Under the pieces are notes generated by a model. It saw only the letters and a list, made by a program, of their open reading frames with translations, had not been told where the DNA came from and did no database searches. A stretch of 64,000 nt of DNA, taken from contig CAVNZM010000008.1 in the NCBI GenBank assembly GCA_963693365.1, forward strand, positions 8,126,818 to 8,190,817. Direction: 5' to 3'. Origin of the DNA: Amoebidium appalachense. Taxonomy: Eukaryota; Protista; Ichthyosporea. Positions 26,666 to 44,451 of this stretch are shown piece by piece (the stretch's first letter is position 1; every line of letters begins with the position of its first letter). Both the position numbers and the translations under genes were made by a program.

Positions 26666-27343
26666 AGCCTGAAAAAAAAGAAGAGCACCCTCCCCCCTCC
26701 CCCCCACCCCCTTTCCGAATGTGTTTCGTACAAACCCACTGTAAGCCTCCCTTCTTCGTCTTCCTCCAACCCTCGAACACCCCTCTCCTCCCCCCCCCCC
26801 CCCCCCCCCCCTTCCCCCCCCATCCTTCCGGGACACGGGAGACACACACACACTCTCTCTCTCTCCCCCCTCCCTCCCTCCCTCCCTCCCTCCCTCCCTC
26901 CCTCCCTCCCTCCCTCCCTCCCTCCCTCCCTCCCTCCCCCCCCCCCCCAATGGGGATACCCCCACTAGCCCCATCCTCCCATTCTCCCCCCTCGGAAGAA
27001 TGCAAAACAAGTCAAGACCCCCCCCCCTCCCCCCCCCCCCACCCCCACCCCCTCCAAGGAGCCCTTCTTCCTCCTCCTGCTCCCCTTTTCCTCGGCCAGA
27101 TCTGATGTTGCCCCACCACTGCCTGTGTACACGCAGCAATAGAAAACACACAGCTGTATAAAAGGGCCTGAAAGCGATAGCGACATAGTAGGCCCCTGAA
27201 GTACACCCACGAACTACATACGTAATTATTTTTTTCCCCTTTGTTTTGAAGGCTTTGAGATAGATGGTTACAAAAAAATAGGTTCGAGAAAGACGCTCAC
27301 ACAAGTGCAACGGCCCGAGCTGCCTAGCATGCACAAATAACCT

Positions 27344-27376
<33 letters not shown>

Positions 27377-27633
27377 ACCAAAAAAGAAAAAATAAAAAAG
27401 AAGGAGGTAAAAACGGAAACCCCCACTACCTCCGCAAGCTGCCACTCCCCTTCCTTCCATATCTAATGTACTTCAAGACCCAAGAACCCCACCCTCCCCC
27501 CTCCCCCTCCGGCGCGTGCACACACACACACACACACACACTCTGGCACAAACACTCGCTCGCGCACACACCCGGCCCTGGCACACACGCACACACACAC
27601 ACACACACACTCAAGGACGCACACACAGAGAGA

Positions 27634-27717
<84 letters not shown>

Positions 27718-27734
27718 GAGAGAGAGAGAAAAAA

Positions 27735-27825
<91 letters not shown>

Positions 27826-29124
27826 TAAATTTTAAAATCACATGTTTCACGCAGGCACTTTGCATTCCCGAACATGTGGGCACAGTTTTCTTCCACCGCC
27901 AACAGCCTCATCCAATCAGACCAGCCTAGCAGGGAGACACGTGTTTAGCCACGCATTTTATACCTTTTTATACCCTACTTAAAAGTTTGAATAATTAATT
28001 ATTGTGTTTGGTAGCTTGCTGTGAAACTTCTGTTAACGTATGTCGTTTTTCTTTTTTTCTTTTTTTTCTTTGTTTCCCTTTTTTTCCTTTTCCTTTTTTT
28101 TGCGGGGCCAACACCGAGCCGATCAATTTATTCAGGCTTTTGAAATCGCCAAATTCAACATCCAATAGGATCGTATCAAGGAAACACATGGTTAGCCGCG
28201 GATTTTATACTCTCGACACCTAAGCGGGATAACTAATTGTAAAAGACAAGAATTGTCGTTGTTTTTTGCTCGCTTTGTGTGGGCCAACACAATGGTTTGA
28301 TTGTTAATTAGGCCTTTGAAATGGCCTGATTGAATAGCATATAGCTTGGATATCGATTGAGTATGTCACGGAATTGTTTATTAATCATTTTGAAAAATGA
28401 AATAACCATGTATGTCATTGGCAAATTGGAGGCCAATTCGATTATGGACTGCTAGTACTGCTCATGTACTGCTTGACGATGAGAAAGCACGTTAGGTGTT
28501 GGTGTGAAGCCACTCAGTTTAACCCTAATAACATTCATACCCAAAAATCTGTTAACCTATAGTCGTGGTCGGATTTTTCTACAAATCATATAATTTTTTC
28601 ACAACATGGCAATGGTTTTTCATTAGCCAGTTGATTTTGATTTTGATCTTAGAGGCCTTTTTTTCACAGGAAACATGATGTTATATCGATCCAATACAAA
28701 ACAAAGGTAATAAAACTCTGTGAAGAAACAAACCTTGTCATGCATGGCCTGTTTAATATTCAATGTATGGCCCTTGTTTGAAGCACCATGGCTTTGCAAT
28801 GTAACCGATAGCATGTGCATACGGTCCTTTTTTCCCCACTGTACTGCGTTTCCATTTACATATATCGTCCGGTGTCCAGTGTGCACGTGATTGAGGCCGA
28901 GTCTTGTCATGGCACACGGTATACAAACATAACAAAATCCACACTTGAAGAGGACGCCTACTGCAGCTTCACTATGATACTTCAAATTCACTTTATTTAG
29001 AACCAGCACAAATACTACATATTACGTACAATAGGTTCATGCGGCTAGGACAGCAACCCTCCCCCCCCCCCCCCCCTGTGACAGCCTCTGTTCAAGTGGA
29101 AGCTTCTAGATCTGCCTGCTCGTC

Positions 29125-29159
<35 letters not shown>

Positions 29160-29460
29160 CCCCCTCTCCCCGCCCCCAACGAGCCACCCCCCAAACCCAC
29201 CCCAACCTCCGAAGTTTAATTTTAGTTTTTGAGGGTTGATATCGCTTTCAGTTTTTTAATTATTTTTTCTAATTTGTGACGTTCTGTCTTGTCTTTCGGT
29301 GTCTCCTCCACACTTCCAACCCCTCTAAGGCATACATCCCCCCCTCCCCCCCTCCCCCCGTCCCTTTCTTCCCCCGCAGCTCCCTTCCCCATGCACTTCC
29401 ACACAGCCTTTTGGTTGGTGGCGATTGTGTTACATGCCGTTAATGTGTATGTGAGTGCCT

Positions 29461-29560
<100 letters not shown>

Positions 29561-30421
29561 ATGCATGTGTGCGTGTGTGTTGGTGGCTGCGTGTGTGTAC
29601 GTGTCTTTGTTTGCGTGAACGTGTGCGCGCCTGAGTGTGTCTGTGTGTGCGTGTGTTTTGTGTCTGCGTACGTGTTTGTGTATGTGCGCACATGTGTGTG
29701 CTTGTGTGTGTGTGTGTGTGTGTGCCTCCGTGCATGTGTGCATGGGTGTTTCTGCCTGTGTAAGTGTAGGTTTGTGTGTGCGCACGGGCGCGTGTGGGTA
29801 GTTTTTTTTTTTTGGGGGGGGGGGGGAGGGGGGGAGGGGGGGGGAGGGGGGGGGGGGGGGGGGAGGGGGGCGGGCTCAGGAGGGGGTTTAAGGGGTTTGC
29901 ATGATTTAGAGGGCATTCAACGCATTGTCACTGTGTACGAGACGATTTGAATGCAGGTTGCACTACAGTGAACCTAAACGAATCAACTTACCCAACCGTC
30001 GGTCTCTCTCTCTGAATCTCGCTATTTCTCTCTCTCTCCTAGCCTCCCTCTATCTCTCTTTTCCTAGATCCCGATCCCCTCTCCCCCCTCAAACACACAC
30101 ACAGATATACGACACACTTGCACTCATTCAAACGCATGCACCCACCCACCCACACCCGCACGCGGCAAACACACTCAGGCATGCCCACACACACCCACGT
30201 ATCCCACACCCTGCAGACACACACACACAAGAACTCCATCCCACGCTTTACACACCACAAATGGTGACTAACACTTATCCAAATTGCAGCCTCTTGTCTT
30301 ACTAGGAAAAACCTAACCCCCCAGCCCCCCCCCCCACCCCCCCCCCCCCCCCCCCCCCTCCCCCCCCCCCCCCCCCCCCCCCCCCTCCCCCCCCTCCCCC
30401 CCCCCCCCCCCCCCCCCCCCC

Positions 30422-30476
<55 letters not shown>

Positions 30477-30693
30477 ACACACACACACCGTCACCACCAG
30501 CACTCCTCTCCCCTGCTCTCGAAGTCATACCTTGGCGTGACAGCCCACATCACATAGCAAGAATTCATCCCTTCCTCCACCCATCTCCCATCTCCCTCCA
30601 ACCCCGGAAGGGGGGGGGGGCGGGGGAGGGGGGGAGGCGGAAGATAAGGTGCAGGTTCTGAAAGAGAGAAGGGAGGGGAAGGGGGGGGAGGGG

Positions 30694-30731
<38 letters not shown>

Positions 30732-30885
30732 GAGAGGGGGGGAGGGGGGGGGGGGGGGGGGGTACGAAGGAAGGAGAAGGCACCCCCAGGGCGGGCAATT
30801 AGCTGGGTGCTGAAGTTTGACGGTGACGGAGGCCAGATGGCAAGACCAGAAAATGACAGGGCTTTTTTTTTTTTTTTTTTTTGGG

Positions 30886-30943
<58 letters not shown>

Positions 30944-31232
30944 AATATTGCAGAAAAAGGAGAAACAACACACAACACACAACGCATGTATGTTAACCGC
31001 GGCCTTCCACGTTTAAAGTTTTTCAAAGTTTTTATTTTTTTTAACAGTGCCTGATGCATTGTCACAGGCTGTAGTGTGGTCTTGAGTCAACCAGTCAACC
31101 AAGTGTCTGATAAGGCAAGGCATGCTGATGCAAGATCACGGGACTGCACGTACTTATCATCACATGGAAGACATTTTGAGGAACGTCGGACGGGGTGCTG
31201 GGAGGATCGGTGGGGGGGAGGGGGGCTCTTTA

Positions 31233-31271
<39 letters not shown>

Positions 31272-32380
31272 ATGGAATCGGGATGGTGGTGGTGATGGTG
31301 CTCTCGAGGAAATAATTCTGTCTTTTGGCCCTCTCTTTGTGTAGACCTGTAAAGCACGTGACCTTTGTTGTGAAGCGGAGTCCTAAACTTAAGTTGACCA
31401 ATAGATGCGTTAATTAAAAAGTTGTAGAAAAGTTGGACCAATGGATCAAAAGTAATAGCGTTTTTATTGAGTTTTTAAATTACCGTTATACTGGGCCAGT
31501 CAGAGAGCCGCAAATCAGACCAAAAAAGGCGTTTTGACCCTTTCAGATTTACGATTGGTTGTTCGACTTTGAGATTTGCTGCCCTAGGCTCGGGTGCCGT
31601 GTCCCTGGAGAATGATCTAAAGTGGCTCACCGATTAAGGGTAGTAGTACATGACATTAAATATTGATAAGCCTTAAACACAGTGAGATATAACATTAAAT
31701 GTTTAAAGTTTTGATAGCAGGTTTTTATTGGGTCACCCTCTCGGTTTAGTCATTCCTCAATTTGGCGCAGATATTCGAGGGCGTTCCAGAAGAACGGAGC
31801 TTCGATCGGCAAAAATTCTGGTGTCATGACAATAATGTGATTGGCTTAGTGCAAGGGGTAAATTTATGCCTTGTTAGTGTGAAGTCTGCTAGGAAATACT
31901 TCGCGAATTTTCTTGAGCTTTCTCTCACTAATGAAATATGAATACGGTATAAGGATGTCTAAAGATTATTATTTATGTGTTGAATGAGGCTTACACCTTT
32001 TTCAATTCACCAGGTGTAGATCATTCAATGACGCACGATCATCAGTAGGCCAATGCGCGGTTTGTGTAAATTCTATACATTCGCTGAATATCATGCAAGC
32101 AGATTAGCATTTTCTCTCTTGGAGAGGATATTTATTCTTCGACCCATCATCTCCTCCCTATGTTTTTTCCTTCTAAACTGAGCTTTCAAAAGGTAAAACA
32201 TAACCATAGTATGGTTCGCGCCAAAAAGAAAAAAGGGTAGAAGAAGTTATTTGTTACATTCCAACTCTGTTCTTTTATAGAATTTTAGTTTTATGCCAAG
32301 TGACTTCTTTTTCTTTGGTTTGTGATTTTTTTCTTTCAACCAGCTAACAAAACAGGAATCAACTCCAAGCAAACAGCAAA

Positions 32381-32743
32381 ATGCCGAACACCAAAACCGA
32401 ACCGATTGTGTTCCCCCGCCTTGCACCTGATGCAGCGGCCGCTCTTCACGAGATCACAGAGGTGAAACATGAGCTTGTGAAGCTACGTGCCCAGAACAAG
32501 AAGATCTACACGACAGAGGAGGTCAACCCGCTAATCGGCCGTCTGTTCGAGGTGGATTCGAAACATGTGGATGCTGCTGAGCATGGACAGGACCCGTTGG
32601 TGTGGAAGTTGATCGAGCGCCAGGTCAACAAGGTCTGTTAATGCTCTTTCACTTCTAAGAATCTCTTTGTGTTGCCATCTGTTTCCTCTGTTCTCTAGTT
32701 CTGAAAGCTCCTTGGCGTATCCTCTTTCTTCCCCCCCCCCCCC

Positions 32744-32776
<33 letters not shown>

Positions 32777-33546
32777 GACGGGTGACCTACTCATGTTCAA
32801 GTGAAACAGTATCTGAGTTGGGTTTCGTTAACGAGGGGAATAGGTCGAAACTCGGGTACTGTGGATGACGTGGCCCCCCCCTGAGGATGGGCTCTGCTTA
32901 TTATGCATACTCTTTATGTATGGCTTGCATTCTGCATCGTGTTATCCGTTTGTTCTTGTGTACTTCGTACTTTTTGACGCATTCAAAACCCCCCCCCCCA
33001 ACTCTGGCCTGCCTTCGGAGTTTTGTACCCCCGCATATCTGTTTTTTCATGCTATTATGAGCCTGGTTACCGGGGGTTTGAAGGTATATATACTCTTCAT
33101 GTCCCGCAATCTAACCCCCCTCCCCCCCCCCCCCCCCCTCCCCTCCCCCAGGTTCCCCGCCTCATTTCCCTCCCCCCCCCCCCCCCCTCCCCCCCCCTCC
33201 CCCCCCCCCTTCCCCGCCCCCTCCCCCCTCCCCTCCCCTCCCCTCGCGCCTCCTTTTCCCCACGTGCTTCATTCCCCCAACTCCTCTTTTCAAACAGGCC
33301 TACAGCCTTGCGTGGCTGCTTCTTGAGGGCGAGATGCACACCGACGTGACCCTCCGTCCAACCCTCGAGTCCCTTGCCAGCGTCTGGACTGGCCTCCGCC
33401 GGCTACAGAAACTTGGCTACACGACCGATGACGTGCGCAAGTATCAGGAGAGTCTTCACGAGATCGATGCTCAGAGGGTCGATGGGAAGTTTTTCAGTGA
33501 CGATGGTGAAGTACGTGTGTTCCCTCGCCTCCCTGCCCCCTTTCTT

Positions 33547-33593
<47 letters not shown>

Positions 33594-34463
33594 CCTCTGC
33601 CCCCCATCTCCCCCCCCCCCCCCCCCCCCCCCCAAACCTCAAACCCCGTCCCACCCCATGCCTGCCTCCCGTCCCCGTTGCTTCTTCCCCTTCCATGTGT
33701 TTTCGCTTTTCCTTCCGTCGGACAGCATGACGCCATCTAACCAGCCCCTTTCCCCCCTCCTCTCCGCCCCGCCCCAGTCCACCTCCACACACACGCTATC
33801 ATCCCTCCCTCCCCCCCCTCTCCCCCCCCCCTGCATGCACGCTCCACTGGACCTGTACACGTACACGTACATGCACATGCACGTACACGTACAGGTTGCA
33901 ACGGGACAGGCCGAGCTCTCCTCTCTCCTCCACCACTGCTACCGGTTGGCGCACAACATGCTCGTGGAGACTGAGGAGATCGACCCAGCCCTTGAGCCGA
34001 CTTACAACAAATTGGTCTTTGTGCGCGGCAAGCTGGACGCTTTGAACCGCCGCAAGAGGTAGGTCCAGACACTTTCATGAACCTTTCACCCTCGTCTCTC
34101 TCCTACGTGCGTCCCACCCGTTTTTCTGCATCTCTCTTCCTGCTTCATTCCCTCCCTTTCTGAGCATCTATCTCCCTGCTTCCCTCCTATTCTCTTCTCC
34201 CCGTCCACAAAGACCCCCCCCTCCCCCCATTCCCGGGCTCCTGTCGGCACCCCAACCAATGCACTTTTCCCTACTACCCAGCCCCCCCCCCCCCCCCCCC
34301 CCCTCCCCTCCCCCTCCCCCGCGACGCATGCGCGCGCACACACACACGCACACAAAAAGTGTGTGAAGGGTTTGGGAATGACGTTTAAGAGGTTTTAGGG
34401 TCAAAACATGTTGCTATGCGGAGGCATGTGAACCTCCGCGATGATATGCTTTGTTCGGGTGCT

Positions 34464-34499
<36 letters not shown>

Positions 34500-34932
34500 T
34501 GGGGGGGCATTTCAGAACCCGCCTCACCCCGTCCAGCCACACCCCCCCCCCCCCCCCCCCCCCGCGGTCTCCACCTCTTCTTCTGTCTACCCCCCATATG
34601 TGTACGCTCACATTCCTCTCCCATGTCGTTATGCTAGACGTTTATCCATTGTCCGTCTTTACTGCATACTCAAGTGTTTGTGCTGAATTTCATTGCCTGC
34701 AACCGTGCTCTTTTTGTGTGTGGTGTTACTGCCACCCCCCCCCCCCCCCCCCCCCCCCCTCCGGGTCTCCACCTCTTCTTCTGTCTACCCTCCACATGTG
34801 TACGCTCACATTCCTCTCCCATGTCGTTATGCTAGATGTTTATCCATTGTCCGTCTTTACTGCATACTCAAGTGTTTGTGCTGAATTTCATTGCCTGCAA
34901 CCGTGCTCTTTTTGTGTGTGGTGTTACTGCCA

Positions 34933-34963
<31 letters not shown>

Positions 34964-35136
34964 CCCCTTCACACACACCTCATGCATATCCCCCCCCCCC
35001 CCCCCCCCCGTTCCTCCCTCCTGGCCCTCCACATCCACATGGGCCGTGTTCCTGCTTTCCCTCATCCTCTGCACCAAGTGCTCTGCATCATACCCACTCC
35101 TTCCAACCGCCCCCCCCCCCCCCCCCCTCCCCCCCC

Positions 35137-35180
<44 letters not shown>

Positions 35181-36114
35181 CCCCTCCGCACCCCTCCCCT
35201 CATAGGAAAAGTCCCATGAATCATGGGCTCTGGTCAAGTTTTTCTTTCCTTCACATTTTTTTGGTGTCTCTGGGCTGTGTTGCGGTTCACCCGTATATAT
35301 TATATTGTTTTACTCCCCCTCCCCCCCTCCCCCCCCTCTTCCCCACCCTCTTCCCACCCCACCACCACTGCCGCTGCCACTCCCACTTCCACTCCCACTC
35401 CCACTCCCACTATGTATCACTCACACAGAGATACACAATACTCGCATGCTCACACCCACACTCACACTTACAATACCACCACACTTCTTACATCTGCCAG
35501 CGATAGAGCTAATAAAACAACGACCAAACACCGACTCACGGACCAAAATGACTTACAAACCCCCCCCCCCTCCCCAATTGATGACTTGGGCCCTCCCTGA
35601 GGATGGGCTCTGCTTATGACGCATACTGTGCGCATGGCTGATGCTGCATACTTGAATGTTTGCCTTTGCATGTGTCCTGCATCATGCTTCTCATCGTCTA
35701 TGCGTACTTCGTACTGTGTTCCGCATTCAAACCCCCCCCTCCCCCCCCCCCCCCCAACCCCCCGCCTCTCCCCTCCTTCCGCTTGCTCCTCCTTTTCCCA
35801 CCCCAATTGCGATCGACTTTCACACTCCTGAGTCGCATAAACCCCCCCATTTCCCCCCATGCTCACGAATGTGTATTACGTACTCTGAAACTGCACCTCA
35901 TCCATCTGTGAGCATCGTCTTTCTGGCACTCCCCACCATCATTCCCCTTCCCCCCTGCCCTGCCCCCCCTCCCCCCCCCCCCCCTCCCCCGGTCGCCTAT
36001 GCTTGTCTTTGTATATTTATTTTCCCCACAACATATTCTTTGTGGAACCCCTTCCCCCCCCCCATCCCCCCCTCCCCAAACACACACACTTTTTTCCTAA
36101 GATCAGTGTATCGC

Positions 36115-36169
<55 letters not shown>

Positions 36170-37557
36170 ACCTCCCCCCACCTCCCCAACCAAAGAACAA
36201 CAGAACAGTTCTAACCCTACCCTGTCCCCGCCTTACCCCTCATCTCCCCCCTCCCCCCTCCCCCCCCTCCCCTCCTTACCCTCTTCCCCCCCCCCCTCCC
36301 TCCCCCTTGCGCACACACAAAACACACACAAACACCCACCCACAGCTACACCGAAAGTGAAGTGCGCCCGTTCCAGCAGCTCCTATCCGACATCGAGCAG
36401 ACACGTACCAACGGTATCTTCACCCCCGAATGCACCACCCCTGCCCGGGACACCCGCTCCCCGGTTCCCCCCGGGGCAACCACCCCTGTTCCACCCGGCC
36501 AGGCGATCCTGTCGAATCTCCTCGATAGCTGCTACGATAAGGTGCACAGTTTGCTGGTGGGGGTGGAGACTATCGATCCTGAATTGATGCCGATTATGAA
36601 GAAGCTCGAGGAGATCAATGCCACCCTGGACCACTATGCGTATGCCCCCCCCCCCCCCCCCCCCCCTACGTTTGACTTTACTCTTCTTTGATACCTTCAC
36701 TACTCCTGCCATCATTAACTTTAATGCCATACTGATATCATTATTCAACAAGGTTAGAGTACTTTAGATGAACCCAGAAAATTTAGGGTTCCCTTCCCTT
36801 TGCATCAGATAAAGAAATTATATTCTCAAGTACAAGAGCACCTTTCTAGGATCCCATTCCAAAAATCACCCTCCTAGGACCCCTACCCTCGTTATAAGGT
36901 AATTCTAATAGTGTTGGACCGACCGCAGGGAGACGACTTAAGAGGTAGTTTTAAGATGTAGATTTGGTTATCATGCACTTGAGACTATAATGTTGGACCG
37001 ACCGCAGGGAGACTCATTATAAGGTAATTCTAAGTGTTATGAAGAAAATAATTATGTAACTATTGGACCGACCGCAGGGAGACTCGTTATGAGGTAATTC
37101 TAATAGTGTTGGACCGACCGTAGGGAGACTCGTTCCAAGTATAACTATGTCATTGTGATAACTATTTTCTTCCTCTACTAACACTTAGAATTACCTTTAT
37201 AACGAGTCTCCCTGCGGTCGGTCCAATACTTACAAGTTATCTTAAAACTATTTTCTACCTCTTAACTATTAGAATTACCTTATAACGAGTCTCCCTGCGG
37301 TCGGTCCAATACTTACAAGTTATCTCTTAACGAGTCTCCCTGCGGTCGGTCCAAAACTTACTTCATAACACTTAGAATTACCTTATAACGAGTCTCCCTG
37401 CGGTCGGTCCAACTATTACATAATTATTTACTTCATAACACTTAGAATTACCTTAAAACTAAAATAGTCAGCTGCTAAAGTTGGTACCCCCATAGGAGCG
37501 AAGCGAGTATAGGGGGGTACATAGGCGCAAGTAGAGATATCATGAGGGGCCAGTCTA

Positions 37558-37588
<31 letters not shown>

Positions 37589-38048
37589 TTTCCCCCGGGT
37601 GCCCCGGCCCAGGGAAAAAAGGAAAGAAAGAAGGCTCTCCTTTTGTTATCCCCCTGCCCTCAACCCCCCCAACCCCAACCCCACAAAGACCTATCTGAAA
37701 CGCCTTTTCTTTGTCCCTGTCCCCCGTTCTTTTCCAACTCCTTCTCCCCCCCCCCCCCCCCTCTCCCCTCCCCCCCACTCTCCCTTCCCCCCCCCCCCCC
37801 TCCCCCCGGCCCCCCTTCGCCGCCCTCACCGGCCCCCCTTTCTGAACCTGATTGACTGCACTTTGCCGCTTCACCCCTTGGCAGCAAACCCCCCCCCCCC
37901 CCCCCCCCCCCTTTTCCTTCTCATTGGCAATTGGCATGTATGTACATCCCGCCTTCACATGGCCCACCCTGCACGTGCACTCACTTACACAATTCGGTAC
38001 TCATTTGATCCTCCACCCTCGCCTTAGCATCTTGTAGGTGTTCAGGTT

Positions 38049-38089
<41 letters not shown>

Positions 38090-38652
38090 CCCCCGTGGGA
38101 GACCAGGACCCTTCGCCCTCCCACATCTGGACACACATCCCCCCCCCCCCCTCTCCCCCCCCCCCCCCCCCCCCCCCCCCGGCCAAACATACACACATGC
38201 TCTCTCTTGCTCTTGTTCTGCACTCCACGTTACAACTCTCTCTCCATCTGCACCACCCTCCTCCTTGCCCCCTCTATAGCACATTCCATACCTGCTTCCA
38301 CCAACCCCCCCCCCCCCCAAAAAAAAAAAAGAAAAAAAGAAAAAAAGAAAGAAAAGACCACCACCACCACACGCACACTCCCCCCCCCCCCCCCCCCCCC
38401 CCCCCAGTCAACTGAAGATGGGCGCTTATGTTGCACCATCGTGTGTCCTCCTTGCTGCTACATGTGCACTGGACGCACACACACGCACACACACACACAC
38501 ACAATCACCTGACAGCACGCACGCAAACACACACACTCTCTCACTCACACTCACTCAGTCACCCCCACAGGCGCGCGCGCACACACACACACATACACAC
38601 ACACACACACAACCGCCTGACACAAACCTGCACGTACACACACACACACACA

Positions 38653-38683
<31 letters not shown>

Positions 38684-38936
38684 TCCCCCTCCCTCCCTCA
38701 CTCCCACGCTCACTTCTCAACCCCCTCACAGAACCACCAAGTCATATACCCTCGAAGACATCCACCACGTTCAGAACCGTCTGGACAACATCGATGATGG
38801 TCGGCAGGGGGGTCGTGTGGCGTTTGGGGCCAAGCCCGGTGTTGAGCCCCCCCGGGGTCAGGCTGCAATTTTCGCTGCGCTGGATGAGTGCTATGATAAA
38901 GCAAACGACCTGCTCACGGCCATTTTGAAGGAGTGA
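32381..38936 (+). CDS. DUF2408 / UPF0662 (S. pombe C32A11.02c-like) repeat protein, ~375 aa
   Basis: Exons 32381-32632, 33298-33510, 33895-34058, 36346-36639, 38732-38936 (1128 nt, phases consistent). The repeated module Y..DV..YQ..L.EID..R.DG.F....GQA.L..LL..CY recurs about four times. Confidence 0.85.
32775..32988 (+). mobile_element. Family A copy (longer 5' end)
   Basis: Starts AAGACGGGTGACCTAC after a poly(C) tract and ends GCATTCAAAA+(C)n. Confidence 0.85.
34565..34932 (+). repeat. Tandem pair of ~170 bp poly(C)-tailed units (family D)
   Basis: GGTCTCCACCTCTTC...GGTGTTACTGCCA+(C)n at ~34565-34734 and ~34763-34932. Confidence 0.88.
35580..35731 (+). mobile_element. Poly(C)-tailed repeat family B (shares ends with family A)
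   Basis: CCCTGAGGATGGGCTCTGCTTATGACGCATAC...TACTTCGTAC...CCGCATTCAAA+(C)n. Other copies at 55078-55214 and 57468-57610; truncated copies at 59989-60063 and 63179-63205. Confidence 0.85.
36888..37520. repeat. Palindromic array of sub-repeats with a terminal hairpin (foldback/Helitron-like non-autonomous element)
   Basis: TTGGACCGACCG(C/T)AGGGAGAC forward at 36914, 36993, 37063, 37109 and inverted at 37206, 37289, 37334, 37392. Hairpin GTACCCCCATA..GAGCGAAGCGAG..TATAGGGGGGTAC at 37484-37520. Confidence 0.85.
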
Positions 38937-40147
38937 AATCTGAAATTTGGTCAGGGCATCCCACGGGGTTTGGTTTCAACATAAGTCGTCTCTACTAGGG
39001 AAATGGAGTTGGTATAGGGGGGGCCTGGAGGTATAGAAAGAGAAGTATGTAGGTATTGTATGTGTGGCTATGGAATTGGGTAACACGAGATATTTTCCTC
39101 GTGCTTTCCTTTTTTTCTTATTTTTTTGCCCTGGGTGGGCGGCGGATGGCGGGCTGGAAGGCGCCGGGTGGGGCTGGAGGGGGGGGGGGGGGGGGGGGTA
39201 GATTTTGACGGAGGCTATGTGAAGTGGATGATGGGACAACGGTTTTGGTGTGTGTGTGTGTGTGTGTGTGGTGGGGGGGGGGGGGGGGGGGGGGGGATAA
39301 CCCGTCACTATAGGGTTGGAAAAGATACGGTGTTGACTGAGAGAATTGATGAGAGAAGCGACGAGTCTAAACCTGGAAAGGAAAGGACCGGTAGGGGTGT
39401 TGGTATTCAATTTGGAAGCTTATGTTTTATGTGTAGGAAAAAGAAAGCAAATGGTCAATGGTCTATTCACCCACCCCAAAGTTTTGTTTTTAAATTGTGA
39501 TCACCGGGCTGTGGCTGATTATGTTTATCAGTATGGGCACACACACACATAAGCATACACAGAACTTCGGACCATGGGCTCATAGTTGCTTGTTACTAAA
39601 TCTTACCAAAAAGTCTTTTCTTCCTACGTATGTATGTGCTATAGATTATTTCAAGTGGAGCATTCGTCGAATTATGTACGAGTACAACTGGGAAATAGTC
39701 ACAAAATATGTAAGTTCCCTTCGTTTTTGAATCAAAGAAAGTAATAAAAAAAAAGTAATGAAAAAAGAAAGAAAAAAAGAAAGAGAAAAAACTCGTCGGT
39801 TGTACCCGGTGACTACTATTAGCTATGGCTACCACCACCACCACTACAACCCCCCCCCCCCCCCCCCCCCCCCCACACACATACACACCCACCCGGCGCC
39901 ACACGTCGTGCACATGACACACACAAGACACACCCATATATTCACTTTTCACAGATACATGCACACCCACACACCCCCACACGTGCAACCCATGCCATCC
40001 ACCACCCACCCACCTGCCGACCCACCTGTAACCTGCAGGGTATCCCCACTGCAGTACTGGCCAACTGATAACCAGGTCTTGAAATTTCAACAGGGCTAAA
40101 TAGGAACGTGCTAAAAGGAACCCCTTGTTTTTAGCAGGTCATGCCAA

Positions 40148-40195
<48 letters not shown>

Positions 40196-41110
40196 CCCTG
40201 TGGGTGGGTGGGTGTACCGTTGGGGGGGGAGGGGGGATTGAGCCAGCATGATGTGGCAACATGTATCGGTCAGTCTGCATGTCGTACAACTATCCCGAAA
40301 TTCCGTTAAAAAAGACCGGACTTAGCCATAAACATAGAGCTAAAGCTTTCTTGCTGAAAAAAATTCTTGTTAGAGCACACCGGTCACCTCTATTCTATTT
40401 ACAGGACCTAAAGTAGATCACCACACGGAGGTGTGATATACATTTGCAAATTATCAAAAATACCTATCCCGCTAAATATGGTATGAAATGAAGATGTCTG
40501 GGATATGTTGATGCGAAACCAATATGTAGGTAATTATATACAAAGTCGACTACAAATAGTAAACTTGACAGCAAAATGTCGGAGACAATGGCAAGAAGTA
40601 TTCTAGCAACCGATTATTTTGCAGCACTAACACTTGCCAGCATCTTGGTGTGAGTGTTGGGTAACTGTCGAAGTATCTTTGTAGATATACAGCCTCACCA
40701 ATATGCCTAAACCACAGTGGATAGGCCAAAAAAGGTAACATAAGAGAACGCAACCACATGGTGCATATATAGGAGCATAATAAATATGAAGGCTAAAGAA
40801 GGAGAAAGGAAGGAAAGAGATTAGGAAGGACGATTGCATTAGAAAACGCGAAATAGAAGATAATCGAAACACATGAGAAAAACACTTCCATACAACAAAA
40901 ACAAGCACTACCAGATAAAAAAGTACTATCCGTCAGCTGTTGAAATATCGATTATCCACGAAATCCCTTCCCATCGGACATAACTTACTGTAGAAAAACA
41001 GCGAATGCCTCACCCCCCTCGCACCCAATTTTCTCGAATGAACCGGGTCTTAACCAAACATAATTTTCATTGATCTGCCGGGGTGATCTAAGAATAAATT
41101 TGGATATATG

Positions 41111-44451
<3,341 letters not shown>

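Noticed and set aside
36888-37455. CRISPR-like repeat-spacer array
   Set aside because: Half the repeats are inverted, spacers vary in length and resemble each other, there are no cas genes, and it lies in a eukaryotic intron.
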